From positions 16,306,001 through 16,370,000 of the forward strand of contig OZ024742.1 in assembly GCA_964016885.1 (NCBI GenBank): a stretch of DNA of 64,000 nucleotides. Reading direction: 5' to 3'. The number at the start of each line of letters is the position of its first letter. Position 1 is the stretch's first letter. The notes under the pieces were generated by a model. The model had not been told where the DNA came from. It saw only the letters and a program-made list of their open reading frames with translations, and made no database searches. Positions 41,623 through 55,924 of this stretch are shown in pieces. The stretch is from Eledone cirrhosa (taxonomy: Eukaryota). The translations under genes were made by a program, and so were the position numbers.

Positions 41623-41793
41623 GTATATATAAAAATATAAATATATATATATATATAAAAATATATATATATATATAAAAATATAAATATATATTATATA
41701 TATATATATATATTATATATATATATATATATAACAATATATATATATATATATATATAAAAATATATATATATATAAATATAAAAATATATA

Positions 41794-41835
<42 letters not shown>

Positions 41836-41838
<3 letters not shown>

Positions 41839-42069
41839 TCAAGATAAGCAGAACAAGTAAAATTCAACCAATTTTTCAAAATAAATGAAAATTAATTTAC
41901 AATTAAAATTAATCAAAATTAAAAAATATAATATAAATATTTACCTATTCATTTGAATAGGTAAATATTTATATTATATTTTTTAATTTTGATTAATTTT
42001 AATTGTAAATTAATTTTGATTTATTTTGAAAAATTGGTTGAATTTTACTTGTTATGCTTATCTTGATAT
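41836..42069. repeat. AT-rich ~115-bp-arm palindrome with a one-sided tail to about 42175
   Basis: ATATCAAGATAAGCA...CCTATTCA tt TGAATAGG...TGCTTATCTTGATAT. Confidence 0.9.
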
Positions 42070-42279
42070 TAAGTTCTGGTATATCAAATTATTACCATAG
42101 AACCACCTTAAATCATAGACACCCTATGTATTTCTGGGGCTACATTGTACCATCAGATATATTAACCTTATTCATTATATATATAAATATATATATATAT
42201 TATAAATATATATATATATAAAAATATATATATATATTATAAATATATATATATATAAAAATATATATATATATTATGA

Positions 42280-42312
<33 letters not shown>

Positions 42313-42642
42313 TATATATATATATATATATATAGTATTTACGTATCGAGAAAGAGAGAAAAAAAGGAGGGATAGGTGATACATATAGTTATTTGCCGAG
42401 TAGCGTATGCCAAAGGTGCTCGATACTAGTGCCGGCAGTATTAAATATTCGAAGTGTTAATATTTAGTGGGCTAGAGAGTTAGCAGAGCGTATATATATA
42501 TATAAAAATATATATATATATTATAAATATATATATATATATATATATAAAAAAATATATATATATTATAAATATATATATATATAAAAATATATATATA
42601 TATTATAAATATATATATATATATATAAAAATATATATATAT

Positions 42643-42696
<54 letters not shown>

Positions 42697-42758
42697 TATA
42701 TATAAAAATATATATATATTATAAATATATATATATATATATAAATATATATATATAT

Positions 42759-42798
<40 letters not shown>

Positions 42799-42842
42799 TA
42801 TATATATTATAAATATATATATATATATAAAAATATATATAT

Positions 42843-42941
<99 letters not shown>

Positions 42942-43073
42942 AATATATATATAAAAATATATATATATATTAAAATATATATATATATTATAAATATATA
43001 TATATATATATATATAAAAAAAATATATATATTATAAATATATATATATATATATAAAAATATATATATATAT

Positions 43074-43123
<50 letters not shown>

Positions 43124-43129
43124 ATATAT

Positions 43130-43162
<33 letters not shown>

Positions 43163-43176
43163 AATATATATATATA

Positions 43177-43209
<33 letters not shown>

Positions 43210-43547
43210 GCTTAACTAAACCTCGTTATATTCATAGGTGAAGGAACTCACACGTCTGTGTCCAGTCGTTATGCTAGCAGTAGGTTCCGATTACTAGAAT
43301 TTAAATCAGCTTAGAATAAATATCTCAAAGCTGACTCTATTCATAGCAGGATGAATTAGGATAGAACAGTAAATATGTGTTAACTTTTTCGCCTGATTCT
43401 CTCTCAAACATAGAAAGGAAATACAAGGTGTATCTCTAGGCTTTGTCACATATTTCTCTAAACATACACACAAAAAACTTCAAAAATATCTAAGGGATAT
43501 ATTAAATACAGGGGGGCATACATACACACACACACACAGTCACATAA

Positions 43548-43591
<44 letters not shown>

Positions 43592-43624
43592 ATGTGTGGG
43601 TGTGTGTGTGTGTGTGTTTATATG

Positions 43625-43694
43625 CAGGGTGTCCCCGAAATATATATACACACTAATTAAAATGCTGAAGTGTGTATATATTTTGGACACCCTG
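43625..43694. mobile_element. Minimal Tc1/mariner-type MITE
   Basis: TIRs CAGGGTGTCC...GGACACCCTG within TA-rich flanks. Confidence 0.65.
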
Positions 43695-43742
<48 letters not shown>

Positions 43743-43752
43743 TGTATGAATG

Positions 43753-43813
<61 letters not shown>

Positions 43814-43864
43814 TTATGTGACTGTGTGTGTGTGTGTATGTATGCCCCCCTGTATTTAATATAT

Positions 43865-44155
43865 CCCTTAGATATTTTTGAAGTTTTTTGTGCATATGGT
43901 GTGTATCGTTGTCATGAAGTGTTGAAATTGTGTGTTAGTGTCTTGTGTGGCGGTGTTTTCACTCCATGTTTGCTTCCGGATTTCACTCTTAATCTTTTTC
44001 CAGTTAGCCTTGTAGAAGTTAAGGTTGGATAGCGTCCCGGACCTTCTTGGTGGTTTTGTCTCTGTTGGTTCTCTTGGACCACATATCATTAGCTCTACTA
44101 AGTTATGATCCGAGAGAATTGTTGGTGTCACCTTTACATTGTGGATGAGCACTTC
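43865..44155 (-). mobile_element. LINE fragment (end of APE endonuclease)
   Basis: VKVTPTILSDHNLVE...LNFYKANWKKIK. Confidence 0.7.
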
Positions 44156-44162
44156 GTATATA

Positions 44163-44345
44163 AGGTATATATCAAAAGGTATATATATAAAGTATATATC
44201 AAAATATCAAAGGTATATATTGAGTTAAGAACTCAAAATAGTCTATTACAACAAAATAGCTCTAAGCGAATCCGGTACCTTACGATTTGAACACATATAT
44301 ATGTATATATTTGTGTTCGTTTTTCTTTTATATTCTATTCTATTA
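44163..44345 (+). repeat. About 160-bp unit repeated directly at 53533-53692 and 54638-54795
   Basis: AAAGTATATATCAAAATATCAAAGG...GAATCCGGTACCTTACG...GTGTTCG. Confidence 0.85.
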
Positions 44346-44423
44346 TATATATATATATATGTGCATATATATGTATATATATATATATATATGCATATTT
44401 ATATATATATATATATATATGCA

Positions 44424-44454
<31 letters not shown>

Positions 44455-44601
44455 GCATATATATATATATATATATATGCATATATATATATATATATAT
44501 ATGCATATATATATATATATATATGCATATATATATATGCATATATATATATATATATGCATATATATATATATATATATATGCATATATATATATATAT
44601 A

Positions 44602-44637
<36 letters not shown>

Positions 44638-44640
<3 letters not shown>

Positions 44641-44822
44641 GTTTCTACTTTTGGCACAAGGCCAGCAATTACCCAGTGCATTACTGGTACTTTATTTTAT
44701 CGACCCCGTAAGAATGAAAGGCAAAGTCATCCTCGGCGGGATTTGAACTCAGATCGTAAAAGGGACGTAACTATGCTGGAAAGCATGGCGTCCGACCCTC
44801 TACCGATACTGCCAATCCACCG
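44638..44822 (-). mobile_element. tRNA-derived SINE (family A)
   Basis: Near-identical to 8885-9067. Confidence 0.9.
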
Positions 44823-44878
44823 ATATATATAATAAAGTTAAATAAAAGTCAAATGATTATAATTTAGCTTCGTTTATT

Positions 44879-44933
44879 ACTGCTATATATATTTCAGTGA
44901 CAGCCATCTTTGGCTGTGACCTCTTCAGGCAGT
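44879..44933 (-). ncRNA. pLTR type I hammerhead ribozyme, copy 1
   Basis: Reverse complement of 52464-52518. Confidence 0.85.
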
Positions 44934-46139
44934 TTGAATTAGTATGATATAGACAAGTACATATGTTGTTTAGGTGTATGATATTGTCAATACTCTGATA
45001 TGCCCAGTTCCTTGTTGGGCTGTTAATTCACTGGGGAACTGGAGTCATATGAATTCAAACAAACGAATTTCAGTGTCACAGGTCCCCTTCTCCTCTCATT
45101 GGTCAGTTATTAGAGCATTCCTCATTCTAAGTGTTGTTATTGTTGGAGTTAGCTTAAAAATTGATAAAATGGTAGAAGGGACAAGGTGTTAAAGGAACAA
45201 AATAACAAAATAACAAAAAAAGTGTCAAACTTTCCATTGTTCAGTTCTGAGAGCATTCCTCAGTCAGAAGTCTATAGAATTCTTTCTGGGGTGAGGCTCC
45301 CTGTAGTGTTTTTGCCTGCTATTGTTCAGTACATTTGATCTCCACCATTATTTTGGTACTGTTGTTGTTGTAGTGGTCAGCTTATATCTTGCTGTTGCTA
45401 ACAATTTAGAAGTATCCAGTTTGTGTTTTTTCTTCATCCCTCCTGCCACCATCGTAGTGGTGGTGGTGGTGGTGGGGGTTCTTTCATGTATATGAAGAAA
45501 TATATGGCAATAAATGAAGAAAACAGAAAATAAATAAATAATATAATAAAGTAATTAATATAATTTGTGTAATTTGAAAATAAATAAATAAATAGAGAAT
45601 AAAGAATAAAGAGTAAATGAGAGATTGGTGAAAAAGTAATGATAATGTATATGGAGAGGTGAGAAATAATGTAGGATAAAGTGTGTGTGTGTGTGTGCTA
45701 TAACCAATCTCAAGGTCAGAATATGTTGGATAGATTGGTATGAGACAAGATGTTAAGATGAGATATTCAATGTGTTTGTGTTATAATCTATCTCAACTTA
45801 AAATAAATATAAGGTGATACAGTGATGAGGGCAGAAAACAAAAAAACAAATTAATAAAGAGAAATCAAGATTTAAGATTGGAACTTGAAAGTCAGAAATC
45901 TGGTAAATTAAAAGTGTTTGTGTTATAGATGTTGGCCAAATTATTATGGCTGTGTCCGATTCTATCTCTAGGCTATCATGGTGTCTGCTCTGCCTGGGTT
46001 GTTCCCTGTGGCTTGAGGGGAGTTCACAACCTAGGTGTTGTTATTGCCCATATAGCTTGAGGGAGGTCTGGCCGAGAGGTGTTTTCATGTTCTGTAGAAG
46101 TCCCTATAGCTTGAGGGGAGTTCACATCTTCTTGTGTTG

Positions 46140-48810
46140 CTACTGTCCATATATCTTGAGAAAGGTCCCGGCTCTAAGGTGTCTGCATGTCCCGAAGAAG
46201 TCGGTTCTGAGGTTTATCAGGCCGCTTCCACCTCTTAGTATCTCGAGGGTCTCGTTCAGGCATAGTTTGCATATGCAAGATCCCCCTTTATCGGGTGGTG
46301 CTTTCCTGATTATGTACCAGGCCAGAGAGTATGGGGTTCTGTCCAGCTTAAGCTTCCAGATCAGGTCGGAGAGAGCTGTGCTTTTCCTTTTGGCCTCCTT
46401 CTTGAATGAATTGCGATGGTTGTACCAGCGGTCCTTAAAGCTCGTTGATGTGGCTCCTATGTAGAGGTGTTCGGAGTTGGGGGTTTTAACCCTACAACCG
46501 TACACTAGGTTCTTCTTGAGACATTCATTACCAAGGGGGCATGATTCGGGGTTTCTGCAGTTGCAGAGGGTGGTCGGCCTCTGCGTGCCTATATTAGGGT
46601 TCTCATTATGTGTTACATGTTGGTCTTCCCCCATGCTCGGTGGGGGGTCCTTGGTTCTGTTTGTGTTTCTTGGGTGGGCTCTGAGTCCCCCCTTCCCTCC
46701 TTTCACATGGTTCTGCTGAGTGTTTGTATTGCCATCTTCTGGTTGTGTGTGGTTTTTAAGCCTACTTTTGTTGATGCTAGCTATGTGTTGGGCCAAATTT
46801 CTCGTGGTGGAATACGAAAGCTTCACTGTGTGTCTGTTGAAGATCCTGTGGTATCTGTGGTCCCTCGGGAAGCATTTGTCAAGTGCTCCAAAGAATAATC
46901 GGGCCAAGCTTTTCTTTAGGGCCGCTGAGTAGGGTGGGTTGTACCACGTGATTTGTCGGTGTTTTCTCCTATATGTGTGGGTTGGGGGCTTCGTGATTTG
47001 TTGGAGATTTGTTGGGTTGCTGGTGGTTTCCGCGCTGTTGCTTCCCTTTGGGCTCTATACTTTTTGTTATCTTCGCGGCCCGGATTTGTGGGGTGGTTGT
47101 TGTCCGCCTCGGGAGATCCATCGTGGGGTGGTCGCCCCCCCCACGTGTCCTGCGGTTGGGGTTGTCCGTCCTGGGGTAGTTAGCGTCACGCCTGAGACTG
47201 CTACTCATATTGTGCTCCATCTCGTGGTCAAGCGCACTAGTCCCCACCGCCCGTGTGGTGGTGTCTGGTACATGGTGCCTATTTGATTCTGCTCTGCCTG
47301 TATTGTTAGGGTTCGCCCTCCCCCCTCTGGCAACACGGTTGTGGGTGTCTGTTAGGCTATCCACCTCCCGGCTTTTCGGACTATATGTTATATTTTGTCC
47401 ATGTGCCGCCTTCTTTAGAGCTGCGTTGTAATATTCCGCGTGGTTGTTGAATATTTCCTTACTTGCGGACAGGCTGGAGATCCCGTCCGAGACACTCTTC
47501 ACCACTGCCTTGGTTATGGATCTAGGGTGGTTTGATTTGGCGTTAACATATACGAGTTTCTCGTTGGGCTTGTTGTAGGGGTAGTATTGCTCGGTGTTCA
47601 GGTTTAGGGTGGTGTCTAGGAAGTTAACTACCTTCCTATTTGGGTCTATTTCTATGCTGAGCCCCTGGTTCTTAAAGAAATGGCGAATACGCCTCCTCAT
47701 ACCCTCCAACATATTGGTGCTGTGGTCATGTACTGTGAATAGAGCATCGTCACGATATAATCCGCCGCCCAGGCAGGGGATTTCATCTTTTATCTGCTTC
47801 AGCAGGTAGAGCCCAACCAGGTCCGTTACCTGCGCTGAGTCGCTGGAGCCCATCGTGATGTCAAAGTTATTTGGCCAATCACTCCTGGTCCAAAGGTCTC
47901 CATCGAAGCGGATTAAGGTCTTTCTTGCGGCGTGGATGATGCTCACCTCCTCTCGGGTTAGGTCCGTATTGGACATCGGTAAAAATAGGGCCTTATTAAG
48001 TACTATGGGTGAGATTGAGGAGTAGTAGCTTGCGATGTCCAGTTGTATAAAGCTGGTCCTACTTTTCTCATGCAGTATTTTGAACCATTCTATTACTTAT
48101 CTCGTGCATGACCATTGCTGTAATTTGGTTTTCTTCCGAAGCTTGGGCAAAATCCTATCCAGTATTCTTTTACTGCGATCCCTAGGTCAGATCTGGAGGG
48201 GGCTATTAGTCTGACAGGGAGGTCGGACTCAAAGTTTGACTTGTGGTTTTTAAGGGTAATCCGCGGCTCCCTTGGTTGGTATGGGGCCGTCCTGTCCTCT
48301 ATGCCGATTCTGGATATAATCCTGTAAGCTGTGGCATTGATCTCATCCAGGGTAAATCCAGGTGTTTTTTTGTACCACTTCCTCGGTTCCCTGAGGATTA
48401 GCTTATTGTACAGTTCAGTGTTCATGTTGTAGAGGTTATTTGTTTTGTCAGCATGGACAAGTATTCCAGTTGTCCCTTTAAGTACTGTAATCCGATTACT
48501 CAGGTGTCTGAGGTACTCCTGACTTCTGGTTGGGTTTCCGGAGAATTTGAGGTTGGATATGATGTTAATCATCTCGTTTTCAAACTTCTCCATTAGTCTG
48601 TTGGGGGGGGGGGGGATTCCTCCTTGATCGAAAAAGGTACTCCATGTTTTCTGTGTTGGTCATTTTCTGCGTTCCTCTTTCGAAGTGGAACGCCTTCCAT
48701 CTCATCCTACGGATGAGGGAGTCCGTACTCTTGATGAGATCACTGGTGTATTCTCGTTTATCAGGTAGGGGGATGTCCTTCAGTGACGCTAAGGTTGCCA
48801 GTTTATCCAT
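46140..48810 (-). pseudogene. PLE polyprotein (RT plus C-terminal GIY-YIG), with frameshifts and a stop
   Basis: SLKDIP..RRMRWKA, ADKT, PVRLI, FIQLDIASYY, MGS, LYRDD, FLD, CNCRNPESCPL, LVY..LYIG, CKLCLNE, CRH. Confidence 0.92.
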
Positions 48811-49012
48811 AGTGACTTAGGTCCGCTACTGTTTGAAGCGCTCAACCCGTGTGGGAGCTAGATTGATTTTGAGTTTATGTTGGTTGTATACCAATACCTC
48901 AGTATGCAGGCTGGAGCACTCGACGAAGTGCGCAGGTTGGTTTGGTTACTCCGGAGTAGTGTAAAATAAAGTTAAATAAAAGTCAAATGATTAAAATTTA
49001 GCTTCGTTTATT

Positions 49013-49067
49013 ACTGCTATATATATTTCAGTGACAGCCATCTTTGGCTGTGACCTCTTCAGGCAGT
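49013..49067 (-). ncRNA. pLTR type I hammerhead ribozyme, copy 2
   Basis: Reverse complement of 52464-52518; about 200 nt upstream of the ORF ATG. Confidence 0.85.
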
Positions 49068-49804
49068 TTGAATTAGTATGGTATAGACAAGTACATGTGT
49101 TGTTTAGGTGTATGATATTGTCAATACTCTGATATGCCCAGTTCCTTGTTGGGTTGTTAATTCACTGGGGAACTGGAGTCATATGAATTCAAACAAACGA
49201 ATTTCAGTGTCACCGGTCCCCTTCTCCTCTCATTGGTCAGTTATTAGAACATTCCTCATTCTAAGTGTTGTTATTGTTGGAGTTAGCTTAAAAATTGATA
49301 AAATGGTAGAAGGGACAAGGTGTTAAAGGAACAAAATAACAAAATAACAAAAAAAGTGTCAAACTTCCCATTGTTCAGTTCTAAGAGCATTCCTCAGTCA
49401 GAAGTCTATAGAATTCTTTCTGGGGTGAGGCTCCCTGTGTTGTTTTTGCCTGCTATTGTTCAGTACATTTGACCTCCACCATTATTTTGGTACTGTTGTT
49501 GTTGTAGTGGTCAGCTTATATCTTGCTGCTGCTAACAATTTAGAAGTATCCAGTTTGTGTTTTTTCTTCATCTCTCCCGCCACCATCGTAGTGGTGGTGG
49601 TGGTGGTGGGGGTTATTTCATGTATATGAAGAAATATATGGCAATAAATGAAGAAAACAGAAAATAAATAAATAATATAATAAAGTAATTAATATAATTT
49701 GTGTAATTTGAAAATAAATAAATAAATAGAGAATAAAGAATAAAGAGTAAATGAGAGATTGGTGAAAAAGTAATGATAATGTATATGGAGAGCACAGCAC
49801 CAAT

Positions 49805-51256
49805 ATGTTGGAGGGTATGAGGTGGCGTATTCGCCATTTCTTTAAGAACCAGGGGCTCAGCATAGAAATAGACCCAAATAGGAAGGTAGTTAACTTCTTA
49901 GACACCACCCTAAACCTGAACACCGAGCAATACTACCCCTACCACAAGCCCAACGAGAAACTCGTATATGTTAACGCCAAATCAAACCACCCTAGATCCA
50001 TAACCAAGGCAGTGGTGAAGAGTGTCTCGGACAGGATCTCCAGCCTGTCCGCAAGTAAGGAAATATTCAACAACCACGCAGAATATTACAACGCAGCTCT
50101 AAAGAAGGCGGCACATGGAAAAAATATAACATATAGTCCGAAAAGCCGGGAGGTGGATAGCCCAACAGACACCCACAACCGCGTTGCCAGAGGGGGGAGG
50201 GCGAACCCTAACAATACAGGCAGAGCAGAATCAAATAGGCACCATGTACCAGACACCACCACACGGGCGGTGGGGACTAGTGCGCTTGACCACGAGATGG
50301 AGCACAATATGAGTAGCAGTCTCAGGCGTGACGCTAACTACCCCAGGACGGACAACCCCAACCGCAGGACACGTGGGGGGGGGGAACAGGCGACCACCCC
50401 ACGATGGATCTCCCGGGGCGGACAACAACCACCCCACAAATCCGGGCCGCGAAGATAACAAAAAGTATAGAGCCCAAAAGGGAAGCAACAGTGCGGAAAC
50501 CACCAGCAACCCAACAAATCTCCAACAAATCACGAAGCCCCCAACCCACACATATAGGAGAAAACACCGACAAAGCTTTCGTATTCCACCACGAGAAATT
50601 TGGCCCAACACATAGCTAGCATCAACAGAAGTAGGCTTAAAAACCACACACAACCAGAAGATGGCAATACAAACACTCAGCAGAACCATGTGAAAGGAGG
50701 AAAGGGGGAACCCAGAGCCCACCCAAGAAACACAAACAGACCCAAGGACCCCCCACCGAGCATGGGGGAAGACCAACATGTAACACATAATGAGAACCCT
50801 AATATAGGCACGCAGAGGCCGACCACCCTCTGCAACTGCAGAAACCCCGAATCATGCCCCCTTGGTAATGAATGTCTCAAGAAGAACCTAGTGTACGGTT
50901 GTAGGGTTAAAACCCCCAACTCCGAACACCTCTACATAGGAGCCACATCAACGAGCTTTAAGGACCGCTGGTACAACCATCGCAATTCATTCAAGAAGGA
51001 GGCCAAAAGGAAAAGCACAGCTCTCTCCGACCTGATCTGGAAGCTTAAGCTGGACAGGACCCCATACTCTCTGGCCTGGTACATAATCAGGAAAGCACCA
51101 CCCGATAAAGGGGGATCTTGCATATGCAAACTATGCCTGAACGAGACCCTCGAGATACTAAGAGGTGGAAGCGGCCTGATAAACCTCAGAACCGACTTCT
51201 TCGGGACATGCAGACACCTTAGAGCCGGGACCTTTCTCAAGATATATGGACAGTAG
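49805..51256 (+). pseudogene. Inverted duplicate of the RT thumb and GIY-YIG, with a ~130-bp deletion at about 50572
   Basis: ORFs 49805-50458 and 50600-51256 are nearly identical to the minus-strand copy. Confidence 0.9.
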
Positions 51257-52463
51257 CAACACAAGAAGATGTGAACTCCCCTCAAGCTATAGGGACTTCT
51301 ACAGAACATGAAAACACCTCTCGGCCAGACCTCCCTCAAGCTATATGGGCAATAACAACACCTAGGTTGTGAACTCCCCTCAAGCCACAGGGAACAACCC
51401 AGGCAGAGCAGACACCATGATAGCCTAGAGATAGAATCGGACACAGCCATAATAATTTGGCCAACATCTATAACACAAACACTTTTAATTTACCAGATTT
51501 CTGACTTTCAAGTTCCAATCTTAAATCTTGATTTCTCTTTATTAATTTGTTTTTTTGTTTTCTGCCCTCATCACTGTATCACCTTATATTTATTTTAAGT
51601 TGAGATAGATTATAACACAAACACATTGAATATCTCATCTTAACATCTTGTCTCATACCAATCTATCCAACATATTCTGACCTTGAGATTGGTTATAGCA
51701 CACACACACACACACTTTATCCTACATTATTTCTCACCTCTCCATATACATTATCATTACTTTTTCACCAATCTCTCATTTACTCTTTATTCTTTATTCT
51801 CTATTTATTTATTTATTTTCAAATTACACAAATTATATTAATTACTTTATTATATTATTTATTTATTTTCTGTTTTCTTCATTTATTGCCATATATTTCT
51901 TCATATACATGAAAGAAGCCCCCCCCCCCACCACCACCACTACGATGGTGGCGGGAGGGATGAAGAAAAAACACAAACTGGATACTTCTAAATTGTTAGC
52001 AGCAGCAAGATATAAGCTGACCACAACAACAACAACAGTACCAAAATAATGGTGGAGGTCAAATGTACTGAACAATAGCAGGCAAAAACACTACAGGGAG
52101 CCTCACCCCAGAAAGAATTCTATAGACTTCTGACTGAGGAAAGCTCTCAAAACTGAACAATGGGAAGTTTGACACTTTTTTTGTTATTTTGTTATTTTGT
52201 TCCTTTAACACTTTGTCCCTTCTACCATTTTATCAATTTTTAAGTTAACTCCAACAATAACAACACTTAGAATGAGGAATGTTCTAATAACTGACCAATG
52301 AGAGGAGAAGGGGACCTGTGACACTGAAATTCGTTTGTTTGAATTCATATGACTCCAGTTCCCCAGTGAATTAACAACCCAACAAGGAACTGGGCATATC
52401 AGAGTATTGACAATATCATACACCTAAACAACATATGTACTTGTCTATACCATACTAATTCAA

Positions 52464-52518
52464 ACTGCCTGAAGAGGTCACAGCCAAAGATGGCTGTCAC
52501 TGAAATATATATAGCAGT
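52464..52518 (+). ncRNA. pLTR type I hammerhead ribozyme, copy 3
   Basis: ACTGC CTGAAGA GGTcACAGCCA aaga TGGCTGTcACT GAAA TATATA TA GCAGT, then AATAAA. Confidence 0.85.
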
Positions 52519-52659
52519 AATAAACGAAGCTAAATTTTAATCATTTGACTTTTATTTAACTTTATTTTACACTACTCCGGAGTAACCAAACCAACCTGCG
52601 CACTTCGTCGAGTGCTCCAGCCTGCATACTCAGGTGTTGGTATACAACCAACATAAACT

Positions 52660-55231
<2,572 letters not shown>

Positions 55232-55765
55232 ATGGTGGCTGCCAACTCGTTTTCGAGCACGGCCACTACTTTACATCCATGTAGGATAACCCCTAACGAA
55301 GCGCTGAACGAGTGTGACTTTTTAGTCCAGCCAGCGACTTGAAACCTCTGGTACAAACACTACACCTGTGACAATCATTGACACATAGTGCTAGGCCCAT
55401 GGTAGGACAATTATTGACACATAGTGCTGGGCCCATGTGAGGACAAGTGCAGAGAGATCTCCAGATATAAAGCAATGCTGTGCCGTGAAGCTTTTATAGT
55501 GAGCAAAGGCACTGCACAAAGCCAGTCCCACTCTCTTAACCAAGATGCTATTTACCAAAAAGAAGAACAAGTCAACATCATTGGATACCATCAGGGTTGC
55601 AGGTGTTATATCAGAGTTTTCCTTCTCCTAGAATTCTGCCTGACTAAGGCTAAAGGGTCATCTCTCCGGTGATTTTGGATGGCCATTGACTCTTAAGAGC
55701 TCCTTTGCCCTTTGACAGGTTTTGTTTTTAGTCCTGCAGGATGTCCAAGTCACGCTCCTCACCAA
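55232..55765 (-). mobile_element. RTE-like 5'-UTR-derived repeat, copy 3
   Basis: Matches 5455-5957 and shares the same left endpoint. Confidence 0.65.
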
Positions 55766-55842
55766 GATATATATGCATATGCATATATATGCATATATAT
55801 ACATATGCATATATATGCATATATAATATATATATATATATA

Positions 55843-55914
<72 letters not shown>

Positions 55915-55924
55915 ATATATATAT

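Larger units (their letters stand above)
44832..52662 (-). mobile_element. Near-complete Naiad-like Penelope element: pLTR-ORF-pLTR (44832-49790, minus) joined to an inverted 5'-truncated copy (49791-52662, plus)
   Basis: Direct repeats 44832-45657 and 48965-49790; 49791-52567 is the reverse complement of 44832-47722 apart from one deletion. Confidence 0.92.

Noticed and set aside
45946-46464. 172-aa antisense ORF present in both Naiad arms
   Set aside because: It is identical only because of the recent inverted duplication; it is a shadow of the GIY-YIG frame.
46140-51256. Selenocysteine-encoding Naiad (UGA at Cys positions plus SECIS)
   Set aside because: The conserved Cys positions in the GIY-YIG remnants are ordinary Cys codons, and the interruptions I traced are TAA/TAG or frameshifts.
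52501-52513. Idea that the cleaved ...UAUAUAUA 3' end directly primes insertion into (TA)n
   Set aside because: Element ends extend about 50-150 nt beyond the predicted cleavage site, so insertion junctions do not coincide with it.
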